Source: Takakia lepidozioides (taxonomy: Eukaryota; Plantae; Bryophyta). From it: 64,000 bases of DNA. Shown piece by piece: positions 38,120 to 49,849 of this stretch. Under the pieces are notes generated by a model, which did no database searches, had not been told where the DNA came from, and saw nothing but the letters and a program-made list of their open reading frames with translations. The position numbers were made by a program, and so were the translations under genes. The stretch covers positions 56,234,001-56,298,000 of the forward strand of contig CM060731.1 of NCBI GenBank assembly GCA_030704615.1, written 5' to 3'. Every line of letters begins with the position of its first letter. Position 1 is the first letter of the stretch.

Positions 38120-39650
38120 TATAATAAATAAAGTCCCATTGTAAATACTACATTGCATATGCTCGACCCTGGCACCTATCATCGCAACATAAATGGTTTG
38201 TGTACTGGCTCACTGTTTATATTTGTAATGTTCCAAGGTTTTGGATAGGGTTATGAGAAAACGATATATTAGTTCCGTAGGAGATAGACAACAAACGTCT
38301 CCTCTCATTCAATTGTGCGACACTACCATGAGAGGCATGGATCGGAAAGTAATAGGTGCACATGCGACCTCTGAACGTTTGATACTAGGTCTCTACTTAA
38401 ACGTGCGGAGGTCGCATGTACACCTATTATTTTTTTATCCATGCCACTCATGGTAGTATCGCACAGTTGAATGAGATATGGAATGTTTGTTGTCCAACTC
38501 CTATGAATCCAATATATCATTTTCTCAGTACCCTGTCAGAAACATTGAAACATTCGCAGTTACAAACAGTGCCACAATACACGGCCGGTTTTGTTGAAAT
38601 GACATTTGTGAGGTTCGAGCGTATACAATTTATTATTTACAACGGAATTTTATTTACTCGGGGGACCGGTACTGCTGTTGGAGCGCAACTGATGGTGCGA
38701 GTTCTCTATTGATTGGAGCTGTCATAACCAATGTCAACAATCATATTTACGGTAAGGTGTTTCATGCTATTGTTGTTCCTCTAGCTGAATTCTGTAGTAC
38801 TCTTTTTTCTATTCCCATGCCAACGTCCTCTGAGACTGTCATGTTCAAACGGACGTATTAGCCACCCCGGCCAGCTTGCAGGCTGTAGCTATGGCCAACC
38901 ATATATTGAATGAATTGGAGATTTTGTGCGAAGTTCCTGGTTTCATGTCCGTGGTGGCTGATACGGAATTCGGAATATGGCAGTCGCAGTGGACCTGATG
39001 TTGTTGGCATGAGAGGAGCAAAACGATTCCTAAATAATTCTGCTACATGAACATCGGCAGTATGAAACACCTTGCAGTACATATGATTCTTGATATTGTT
39101 TGCACGGATTATTTGTGTTTGTGCTTTCAAGTGGCGAACATTTCCGTCATGGTGCGGAAGACGTGCATTGGCCACATTAACCGGTTGATGTGATACCATT
39201 TCACAAATGTATCACATGAACCGTTCCATGTGGCCTGCGGGAGTCTTCGATGGGTACAAGATCAATGTGGCATACGAGATCTGCTTCCACCAACAAACAT
39301 GTGATCATTTCAGAAGCGCTAGAACTTTGAAGCGACGATAGGCAAGGTTCTTCATCCAGATGTTCAACATGCTGAGGTCTTCTGTAATGTCTCTTGCTTC
39401 GTAATGAGGTGCTTCTTCAACTCTTATTTTTCCAATGCTAATATCTTCCATCTGGAACATATCCACACATGCGTATATAACTTAAAAAAACAAATGACCA
39501 TCAAAACTGGAAGCTGGCGATGAGGCTTATAAAATTGAGATGGTCATTTGTTTTTTAAGGATTTCTGCACACATATGTGGATTTGTTCCAGGTGGAGAAT
39601 ATTAACATATTGGATAAAGTGGACATGGAGAAGCACCGCATTACGAGGTA
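38120..39650. other. Three consecutive long imperfect inverted repeats
   Basis: Foldbacks at ~38120-38660, ~38690-39155 and ~39398-39646. Confidence 0.8.
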
Positions 39651-39719
39651 GGATACACTACAAAAAAAGCTTCAAAGGGCATATCATGTAACAGGTCCTA
39701 ATATAATCGAAGACAAAAC

Positions 39720-41095
39720 CTTATTCATTCAAAGGGCGATTGAATGGTTGCCCATCCAAATGATTTTTGTTTGCTTTCAATCTTTGCCACTATGATCAAC
39801 ATACCATGTATCAGGTCCCGGACTAATATCAGATCAATCGAAATTCATTCGATGGCTCAACGGATAGTTGGCCATCGAAATGATTTTGGTTCACTTTGAG
39901 ACTTGGCCACTATGTTCAATGTGCCATGTAAGAAGCCCAGAGTAATATGAGATCAATCGAAATTCGTTCAATGGGCCAACGGATGGTTGCCCATCCAAAT
40001 GATTTTTGTTCGCTTTGAAACTTGGCGAGTGTGTTCAATGTACCCTCTGATACGTCCCAGTGTAATACGAGATCAATCAAAAATCGTTCAATTGTCCAAT
40101 GAGGCGTTCACTTGTCATCTGGTTTTTGTTCAATGCGAAAAAAAAATCTTGCAATGCGTGCACGGCTATTGCACCCATTGAACGGATGTGGTTGAAGCCC
40201 CCTCATTTGCCCGCATGTGCTTGAACATGTATGCGACACATGTGCGGAGACACAACAGACGAATAAATCATTTGCCTCCCTATCGACGCGCTCCCCCCTC
40301 AAGCCATTCCACAATTTAATTGAATTTAAATTTATTTTAAGCCAATAAATAGGTTTGCATTGCCTTTCAATGGGGGTTTCTGGCACGTATCGATTTTGTT
40401 TTTGGCTCAATTTTGTTCTACGGCTTCCAGCATCCCACGGCTACTCCCCCGCCAAAATTTGGACCAATCAAAAATGCCCCAAAAAAAAAGTATTATCTTC
40501 ATTCTTTATTGCAAAACTCTCTATGAAAGAGTGCATGAAGTAAAACACAAATCAAGTTTGGAGTGCAAAACCTGTGCTTTTGGGTCCAAATGAATTTTGA
40601 TCGCTCCCAAATTTGGCACGCACGTTGCATATGGCTACGTTACACACCCCATTCAAAAACGGAATGAAAAAAAAATCGTGAGCACGCGAAACACAGTCCA
40701 ACAGGTCCCAAAGCAATAACAGCTCCAACAGAATACATTCAACGGGTGAACAGATGGTTGCCCATTCAAATCAGTTTTGTTAGCTTCCAAACTTTGCCAG
40801 CGCGTTCTAGACAACCTTTCACAGGTCCTGGACTAATATCAGATCAATCGAAATTCATTCGATGGCTCAACGGATAGTTGGCCATCGAAATGATTTTGGT
40901 TCGCTTTGAGACTTGGCCACTATGTTCAATGTGCCATGTAAGAGGCCCCAGAGTAATATGAGATCAATCGAAATTCGTTCAATGGGCCAACGGATGGTTG
41001 CCCATCCAAATGTTTTTCGTTCGCTTTGAAACTTGGCTAGTGTGTTCAATGTACCCTTTGATACGTCCCAGTGTAATATGAGATCAATCGAAATT
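39720..41095. repeat. ~121-bp tandem repeats in two duplicated blocks
   Basis: Units gatcaatcgaaattc..cggatggttgcccatcc at 39720-40100 and 40740-41095. Confidence 0.85.
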
Positions 41096-41632
41096 ATTTT
41101 GTGCTTTGAGAACTTTGTGGGTATGTTCGTAGAAATATCATAGATTTTGCGAAATGATTATGAAATACGCAGGGACCACGCGAAATTTGTTTGGAAGAGG
41201 ACCATTCATAACTCGTTATAACTTATTTGTTAACATCAATTTTCCTTGTTCTCCAGTTTTCGGAGTTCATTGCAAATACCCATATACACGTCATAACCAA
41301 ATATGACACCATTATAAATTTGTTTACAGGGTGAACTACTTCTTCCCCATCATACGAGTGTAAATGTGAAGAAAACGCTGCTCATGCAATTGAAATTGGC
41401 AGGTGCCGCACATGTGCATTGTGTATTAACAAAATTGGTGATATACAAACTTGGCGGAATGCCATCACTGTGTTTTCCAACAATATTCAAGGTACAATAA
41501 AAATGCATATTGTATATGTACTATGCTGCGAGTCATTCAAAGCCTAGTCGTCACTGTCCGAGGATGTGGAATTTGATGTTGTGGCCTGATTTGCACTGCC
41601 AATTGCCAGAGCTTGCGACCGTGATCTCGTGG

Positions 41633-43875
41633 TCAATGAGGGGCCCAATGGCATGTGATCAATTCTGGCCTGCATCCGCCTACTACTCGCGGCGAAAGTT
41701 GATTTTTTTCTTCACTCTCACGACGTGGCGGAGGTGGATCGAGAACAAGTGCTCGGGGTGCATGCAAATCGGCAACGAGGCCGTCCACATCCGGCAATTT
41801 AGCCCCCGAAACACGATGATAACGGTCTGTCCATAATCGCCTCAATTTCTCTACAACTGCCTTGATGGTACTTTTGAAACTTTCCAACTGCCTCTCGTGG
41901 GCCCTGTCCCTAATCATTGTGTCGTTTCGACGATAAGCCGCCTCGTACGCATCATTCATTCGGCGTTGACATACTATAGCATCTTCCAGTTCGGACAGCA
42001 ATAAATGTCTCCCAATCGGTTGTCGGTCATACAATTCGTTCTCCTCCAGCACCCATGGAACCTGTGGGAGCCGGATAAACCTGGACCTTCTTTGACTCCA
42101 ATGCCCTCCCAGATTGTGGCAAAACTGCTCTCTCTCCCACTAATCTCGAATACCTCCCGCATGTATGGTTATCTCCCAATCAGATGTGACCCATAATTAC
42201 TGGGGATCTTTGATGTATGTCGGGTTTCCGGCATGTATGTCATGCATCTCTCTGTCTGCATCCCATACCAAGTTCTTGCCCCAATGCACACAATTCAGAA
42301 ATGTGTATGGTAGCCCATCCAATGGGAGGTTGTGTCGATTGTATTCAAAACCTATGGGCATCCGATCCTCCAAGCCCACCAGCTCATAGAAACGGCGATG
42401 GATTGGTGTACGACATTCTGGGCAAGCGCTCGTCCGCAAGGCTTGCGGGATAAGACATGTGAGATGGAACATATGTCCATATGATCCAAGCACATGACAT
42501 CCCTCTGGACCGTATGGATTCCTACACATCGAACAAACTGTGTTATCTGATATCCATGACGACAAAACGCCTCGTGGTATCTCCTCTCTCTGGGCTGGTT
42601 TGATGTGGCTAGTCATCCTTCTTGTGGTGTCCGACTCTTCCTCTATCTCTAATTCCCAATTTATGCTTCTGTTCGACCCTAAAATTTTGTGCTCACATCG
42701 ATCGAACATAGAATCCATATCTGCCCAATTGGTATACCCGGCGAACACGCTTGATGCGATGCAGAGATCGTTATACCTTTGCATGTTGGCATAAATGTTA
42801 TCTATGCTACGGTTCGACATGCGTGCGACACGTTGCAAGCCTGACAGTGCCCGCTCTACCCGTGCTTCTCTGGAGGCCAAATGGGTCGCCCATTGTACCC
42901 AATTCTCCCAATCGCCATTCAATGGGACCCAAACCTGAATCTCTAGCGTTTTGGACAAGCGTCATGCAGTTGCCATGGCAATGTCCCGCTCCTTTGTAAC
43001 GCGGTTGACATCTAATATTGGGTTCATCTCCGATTGAATGACGACCCTCGAGCATTCCCCGGTTTTCAGTACTGGTTATTTTCCTTTCCTCCTTCTCTCA
43101 TCCGCAATTCGTTGTTCCTCAACCATGGTTTCATCGGCCACAGGGTCAAGGACGTCCGTAACTTCCTGAATGTTGAGGTCAATACTGCGATTGGGCATCG
43201 CAAACTTCGCGTCCATATCCACGACGTTTGTTCGATCCTCATTGTGGACAACAGTGCCTTCATTGTTTGGAGGCATGTATTGCAATGTAGCTTCCAACTC
43301 GGCTATGCGCAGTGTTTGCCAGTCTAGTCGGTCCTGCAGGGTCCTGATTCGCTGGTTTCTTTCCGCCAGTTGTTCCTCTGACATTGTATTCCGAACGTGT
43401 CCGGGATGTACTCCAAATCGTATAGCAACCTTGCGTTCCTCCTACTAGCAGTTTGCCAATTCACTGGACGCAAAAGTATGACCTCCACTTACAACATGGC
43501 TGCCAAGGTATACGGGATTTGACCCTTTAAGAGAGGTTGATCCCACAATGTGCAATGCACCTCATTCGCCCTATGCTGGAAATGCAAGTTCGTGCAAGAT
43601 CTGGACTCTACGTAATTGTTTCGGGTTTGCACGTCAAGCCTATCCAAAGGCCACAATCGATTGATGTGGTACCATTTCACGAATTTTTTGCATCTCGCCA
43701 TCGGCCACCGGAACTCTTCCGGAACATCCTCCCAGCCCTCTTCTGCTAGTATGTTAGGGTCACCAAATACTTCCCAATTCAAGTCTTGCCTTGACCCTTT
43801 AATTTTCTTAGGGGGCGGTCCATGTTCATTGGGGTCATCTCTTCCATGACGGTCATCGTCCTGGCCCTCTGCCAT
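41633..43875 (-). pseudogene. RING-H2 finger protein (TE cargo), broken into several ORFs
   Basis: CSMC..GSYGHMFHLTC..CPECR (third Cys replaced by Tyr); N-terminal PPPKKIK; coiled-coil-like segments. Confidence 0.75.
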
Positions 43876-44237
43876 TCTACAACAATCGGAGCAACACTAA
43901 ACGAGGTTTTCTAAAAAGATGTAACTCTAAACCCTTTCCCCGTTAAGTAGGTTTGAGTAAGTGTCAAAATACTTCCTAAAAGCTAATTTGAAGAATAAAA
44001 TGATCCTGGAAGCCAGATGAGGGCCTATAGGAGCACTTTCACAGAAATCTCGGCAAAAAATACCCCCCACCCAACCAATGGCCTCCTTCGCCACGTGACT
44101 ACATGTCGCGGAATAATGAAATGCCACGCATACAGAAGTTGTGTGGAGAGGAAGGGAGGGAGACTAAGCCTCCCTTGGCTTATATCCCCCCCCCCCGCCT
44201 TCATTTCTCGGGCCACGTGCAGGGCGAATCTTCTAGA

Positions 44238-45912
44238 ACCGACCGCCAACTTGGCGGTCGCTCGTTTTTCGGAAAATAAAAAAATAAGCAACCGCCAGAA
44301 CTGGCGGTCGCTCCATTATCCACGGAAAAAAAAAAAAAAAAAAATGACCGCGAGAACAGATGGTCGCTTCATTTTCCGGAAATAAAAAAAATAAACGACT
44401 GCCAACATAGGCGGTCGCTTCATTTTTTAAAAATTAAAAAAAATAAGCGACCGCCAGCAATTGGCGGTCGCTTCATTTTCAAAACATTTAGAATAAATAA
44501 GCGACTGCCAACATAGGCAGTCGCTTCATTTTCAAAAACTTAAAAAAAATAAGCGACCGCCAACATAGGCGGTCGCTTCATTTTCAAAAACTTTAAAATA
44601 AATAAACGACCACAAACATAGGCGGTCACTTCATTTTTAAAAAAATTTAAAAAATAAGCGACCGCCAGCATAGGCGGTCGCTTCATTTTTAAAACATTTA
44701 AAACATTTAAAATAAGTAAGCGACCGCCAACATAGGCGGTCGCTGCATTTAAAAATAAATAAATAAAATAAGCGACCGCCAGCATAGGCGGTCCATTCAT
44801 TTTCAAAACATTTAAAATAAATAAGCGACAGCCAACATAGGTGGTCGCTTCCTTAAAAAAAAATTTAAAATAAATAAGCGACCGCCAGCATAGGCGGTCA
44901 ATTCATTTTCAAAACATTTAAAATAAATAAGCGACCGCCAACATAGGCGGTCACTTCATTTTCAAAAACTTTAAAATAAATAAGCGACCGCCAACATAGG
45001 CGGTCACTTCATATCAAAAAAATGGAAAATAAAAAGCGACCGCCAGCATAGGCGGTCGCTTCATATTGAAAACATTGAAAATTAATAAGCTACCGTGAGC
45101 ATAGGCAGTCATTTCATTTCTAAGACATTTAAAATAAATAAGCGACCTCCAGCATAGGCGGTCGCTTCATTTTCAAAACATTTAAAATAAATAAGCGACC
45201 GCCAACATCGGCGGTCGCTTCATTTTCAAAAACTTAAAAAAAAAAAAAAACGACTGCCAATATAGGCGGTCGCTTCATTTTCAAAATATTTAAAAAAAAA
45301 AAGCGACCGCCAACATAGGCGGTCGCTTCATTTAAAATAAATAAGTGACCGCCAGCATAGGGGGTCGCTTCATTTTCAAAATATTTAAAATAAATAAGCG
45401 ACTGCCAGCATAGGCGGTCGCTTCATTTTCAAAACATTTTAAATAAATAAGCGACCGCCAACATAGGCGGTCGCTTCATGTCCAAAATAATTAAAATAAA
45501 AGCGACCGCCAGTAATGGCGGTCGCCCCATTTCCAAAAATAAAAAAATAAAAGCGACCGCGGTCGCTGCATTTTGTAAAAACAAAAACTGCCAGTAATGG
45601 AAGTGAGGGGAGAATGATAGGAGGCTTATATCCCCCCCCCCCCGCCTGATTCCTCGCTCCACGCGCAAGGCGGACCTCGTAGAAGCGACCGCCACCATGG
45701 CGTTTGCTCTAGTTCGTCAAAAAAAAGAAAAAAAAACGACCGCCAGTAATGGCGGTCGCCGCATTTATAAAAACAAAAAAAAACTTTAAGCGAAGTGAGG
45801 GGAGAATGTCCTGGAGCTTATATGCCCCCCCCCCCCCCCCCCCCCCGCCTCACTCCTCGCTCCATGCGCAGGTCACACTTCGTAAAAGCGACCGTCACCT
45901 TGGCGGTCGCTC
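44238..45912. repeat. Palindrome array GCGACCGCC-AACATA-GGCGGTCGC with a ~53-bp period
   Basis: More than 20 copies, e.g. 44931, 44984, 45037. Confidence 0.95.
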
Positions 45913-46183
45913 CATTTAAATAAAAATGAATGCACAGTTGGAAGCATGGCACAATTGTTCTCCATTCCACAAACAAATCACCGAACACAAACATGAGCAA
46001 GTGACGGTGCCTTTGGCCGACATTTTGGCTGGTATACACATGGGCAACATCTTTATTTTCCAACACATACACAACAACAATACAAATATTCATAGTGACA
46101 ATGATCACATTGGTATTACTTCAGTACAAAAATATAAACATGTCCACTAAAAAGTGCTGATGCATGCCTACAGCTGTTTTGCT

Positions 46184-48070
46184 TCAATTCCTTCTACTGC
46201 TTCGACGGCGGGACGAAGAAGATCCTAATCCTAATGCTCCGATGGGTTGAAAATCCGGGTCACCCTCGACTTCACTACCGTTGTCATGATCAGTGCTGGA
46301 ATCGTCATCCCTATCCGACCTCATATGTCCAGGCCTTTGAATCTGCAAGCGACCTCGAACCACATTTAGTTCTCTTTGAGGTCGACTCCCGCTCCGGTCT
46401 TGAATACTATCCACGGTATCTGGCCTGTTTGTGGGCCGATCGCCTACAAAAGGTTGGACTATTCTTTGTCGTTTATGGACTTGGGACGCAATCGAAGGTG
46501 GTCTCGAAGGAGGTACCGGAGGGGAGACCGACATTAGATGGTCCGGCATGTGAGGAAGCACGGGTCTACTGTGCAACACGTCGGTTAAGGTGGAATTGTA
46601 GTGGCAGGTTGTCATCATCTGAGGCTTCAACTTCCGCCCGGTCCAATGCAGCAGAATGATGCATGCGTGTGGAAAATAAATCAACCATGTTGCTCCTTAA
46701 TGCCCGCTGTGTTGATGGGAAGCTGGATCGGTTTTGGTATTGTGGTGGAGTTGGTCGTATCGGTGAGACATGATCCCGTCCCGTCGACTGTACAATGGGT
46801 TCGACACCATCATTTATATGAACAGGGTTGCGTACGTCGATCGGTCCTGGCAGTACATCACCCATAAGCTCCATTGGGGCACTACCGGTGGCTTCAGCAT
46901 GTAGTGGGGGGCGAGGGTCGACCCCAACTTCATTTTGAGGACCATGTTCTGGGGATGACACAATTGCAGCTTCACCTTCATCTGCGATACGCACTTCTTC
47001 AAGAAGGTCATCAAAGGTCGGCTGGATATAAGCATCATCCTCTGTGAATGTAAACGGGTCATACGCATTTTCGGGGGCATCATCGGATCCATCTTCACTA
47101 TCGGAGGCAAATGATTCCCTCTGAGATGATTCTCTCTGAGGCTCAGTATCGTCACTCATCGAATCAACCTCAGAAGCAGACCGCCTTCCGACCTGTTCGA
47201 TGAAGTCCGTCAATAGTTGGTATTGATAACGTCTATCTTTCTGCTCGCCGCTAGTGTCGACCGATCCCAAGAATTGTTCCCCAGCTGGACATACGAGCAT
47301 GACATTGAACAACGGTCTATTTGTGACATAACTCCAACCATCGACACATATAGTGCTTCCATATTTTCTGATGCACTCGTCCGTCCTATCGTTGACCTTT
47401 TGGATAAACTCGGTCATGACGTTTTCTAGCAATCCTGTGCGGAGATTGTGATAAGTCGGAGGCACGTACGTGGATCTGGATTCCGAAGTTGCTCTAACAG
47501 CAGAAACAAATGTCGGAACCCTTGCCACATTAAATGATATGTTGGCCTCGAAGAAAAACTGCGCCCATTTTTTATCCAACTGTCTTTTCGCAGTCAAGTT
47601 AAGACCTTCTTGCATGGATTGCTGCCGTAATCCTCTACTCCATTGAAGTGTAGGGGTATAAAGAGGTGTTGAAGCAGGTGTTGCTCCGGCACAACCCACT
47701 TGTCCATGGACACCCGAAGCCTCACAAGAGTCGCCCTGGATACTAATCGGGGCATCCTGACGGGAAGATGAAGTGTTCTGCTAAGAGGTCATGTCCAGAT
47801 TCAAAGACATTGGAATATTGCCTCCACACTGGGTAAAGTGGCTTTTTACCCGCATAGATGCTTTGGGGCATAAACCCACCCCATCGCTCTTCACACCTTT
47901 ATAGCCGAGGTGAGCGAGCAACCGATCTTTACGATAATAAAGCTTTAATCCACATAGGTTGCACTCAACACTAATAGTGACACTGACAGTATTCGGGATT
48001 GCCGTATACCAAGGGCTTCATTCCTCCCTCATCTTCACCCAATATCCACTCCCCTGGGACCTAGCGATGC
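46184..48070 (-). pseudogene. hAT transposase (BED finger and DUF659), internally deleted
   Basis: VECNLCG..RLLAHLG..LCP; WAQFFFEANISFNVA..PPTYHNLR..CVDGWS..FLGSVDTSG..IEQVG, then a jump to an acidic tail; no hATC domain. Confidence 0.88.
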
Positions 48071-48464
48071 AAGCAACAAAAAACAGTCACCTATAAATGA
48101 ACGTGTTGTGAATGTAGAGTGCAATACGATAGCCCAACACTTTTACACCTGTCAGCAACCCAAGTGGGTCGATGTGGGTTGTAGTGTTGAGCTTATACAC
48201 AATATGCTGAAGTGGCTTTGGTGGAAGCCACAACGGCAAAAGGTACGCTCCCTCCTCTTGGACTACACTCTCGTTCAATGGAAGAGAACATCCAAAGCAA
48301 CCTCAAGTGTTTGCGCCAAAAGAAGTGAGGAACTTGATGACCCTCCTCCCTTATATGTGATTCCAAGAGGGATGAAAGTGAAACGAAAGTGAAATGAATA
48401 AATGACGAACCAATAGCGCCCACCCAAAAAAGGCCGTACAATCATATTTGTTGTAATTTTGAAA

Positions 48465-49662
48465 TTAAGCGACCACTAATACTACGGTCCGTATTTTTAT
48501 TTTTTATGAAAAACAAGCGACCGCCACTACTGCGGTCGCTTTTATTTCCTTTCATTTTGTGCAATATTGCAGTCACTTCTATTTTGTATATTTTTAAATT
48601 TAAGCGACCGCCAAGATAGCGGTCGCTATTTCTTTTTTTTAATTCGAAAAATAAAGCGACCGCTAGTGCGACCGCCAATCTTGCTTTTATTAAAAATAAA
48701 TTTGAAGCGACCGCCAATATGGCGGTCGCTATTTCTTTTTCTATTTCGAAAAATAAAGCGACCGCCAATCTTGCTTTAAAAAAAAACAATTGAAGCGACC
48801 GCCAATACGGCGGTCGCTATTTCTTTTTTAATTTTGAAAAACAAAGCGGTCGCGTTCATTTTGTTAATTTTCAAAATTGTATTTGCCACCGTGCGACCGC
48901 CAATACGGCAGTCGCTTGTTTTCTTTTTTAAATTAGGCGACCACCAATCTTGTTTTTTTAAGACAATAAATTGAAGCAACCGCCAGCATAGCGGTCGCTA
49001 TTTGTTTTTATAATTCGAAAAATAAGGCGACCGCCAGTGCGACCGCCAGTGTTGCTTTAAAAATATATATATTTGAAGCGACCGCCAATATGGCGGTCGC
49101 TATTTCTTTTTCTATTTCAAAAAATAAGGCGACCACCAGTGCGATCGCCAATCTTGCTTTAAAAAGAATAAAAATTGAAGTGACCGCCAATACGGCGGTC
49201 GCTATTTCTTTTTTAATTTCAAAAAACAAAGCAACCGCCATAATTGGCGGTCGCGTTCATTTTGTTAATTTTCAAAAATGTATTTGCCACCGTGCGACCG
49301 CCAATACGGCAGTCGTTTGTTTTCTTTTTTAAATTAGGCGACCGCCAATACGACTGCCAATCCTGTTTTTCTTAAAAATAAATTGAAGCGACCGCCAACA
49401 TAACGGTCGCTATTTATTTTTTTAATTCGAAAAATAAGGCGACTGCCAGTGCGACCGCCAATCTTGCTTTGAAAAAAAAATATTTGAAGCGACCGCCAAT
49501 ATGACGGTCGCTATTTTTTTTTCTATTTCGAAAAATAAGGCGACCGCCAGTGCGACCGCCAATCTTGCTTTAAAAAAAATAAAAATTGAAGCGACCGCCA
49601 ATACGGCGGTTGCTTTTTCTTTTTTTATTTCGAAAAACAAAGCGAATTGGCGGTCGTGTTCA
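48465..49662. repeat. Palindrome array GCGACCGCC-AATAC/T-GGCGGTCGC with half-sites
   Basis: Repeated full and half palindromes 5' of the transposase. Confidence 0.93.
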
Positions 49663-49849
49663 ATTTGTTAATTTTCAAAATGTATTTGCCACTGCCACCA
49701 TGTCGGCGACGTGGCTGCTTAAGTGGCAGTATTTTACCTGGTACTATTTTTACCAGAATATTCCCCGAACCTGACGTGACGGAGGTCCCGTCAGCGTTAG
49801 GTCTGACGTGACCTGACGCTGACGGACGGACGTGACGCTGATAACCGGG

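Larger units (their letters stand above)
36192..49849 (-). mobile_element. 13.66-kb hAT-family element with cargo
   Basis: 8-bp TSD CCGACCAC (36184-36191 and 49850-49857); 11-bp imperfect TIR cctagttatca / tgataaccggg; ACGTCA-type subterminal motifs at both ends; removal restores the PPR sequence KPDHITFVC. Confidence 0.92.

Noticed and set aside
41330-41480. Short Cys-rich peptide (CKC..H..CRTCALC) on +
   Set aside because: Too short and no recognisable family
44540-49774. Hydrophobic ORFs such as MLAVAYF and LAVALFFE repeats
   Set aside because: Translations of the palindrome arrays
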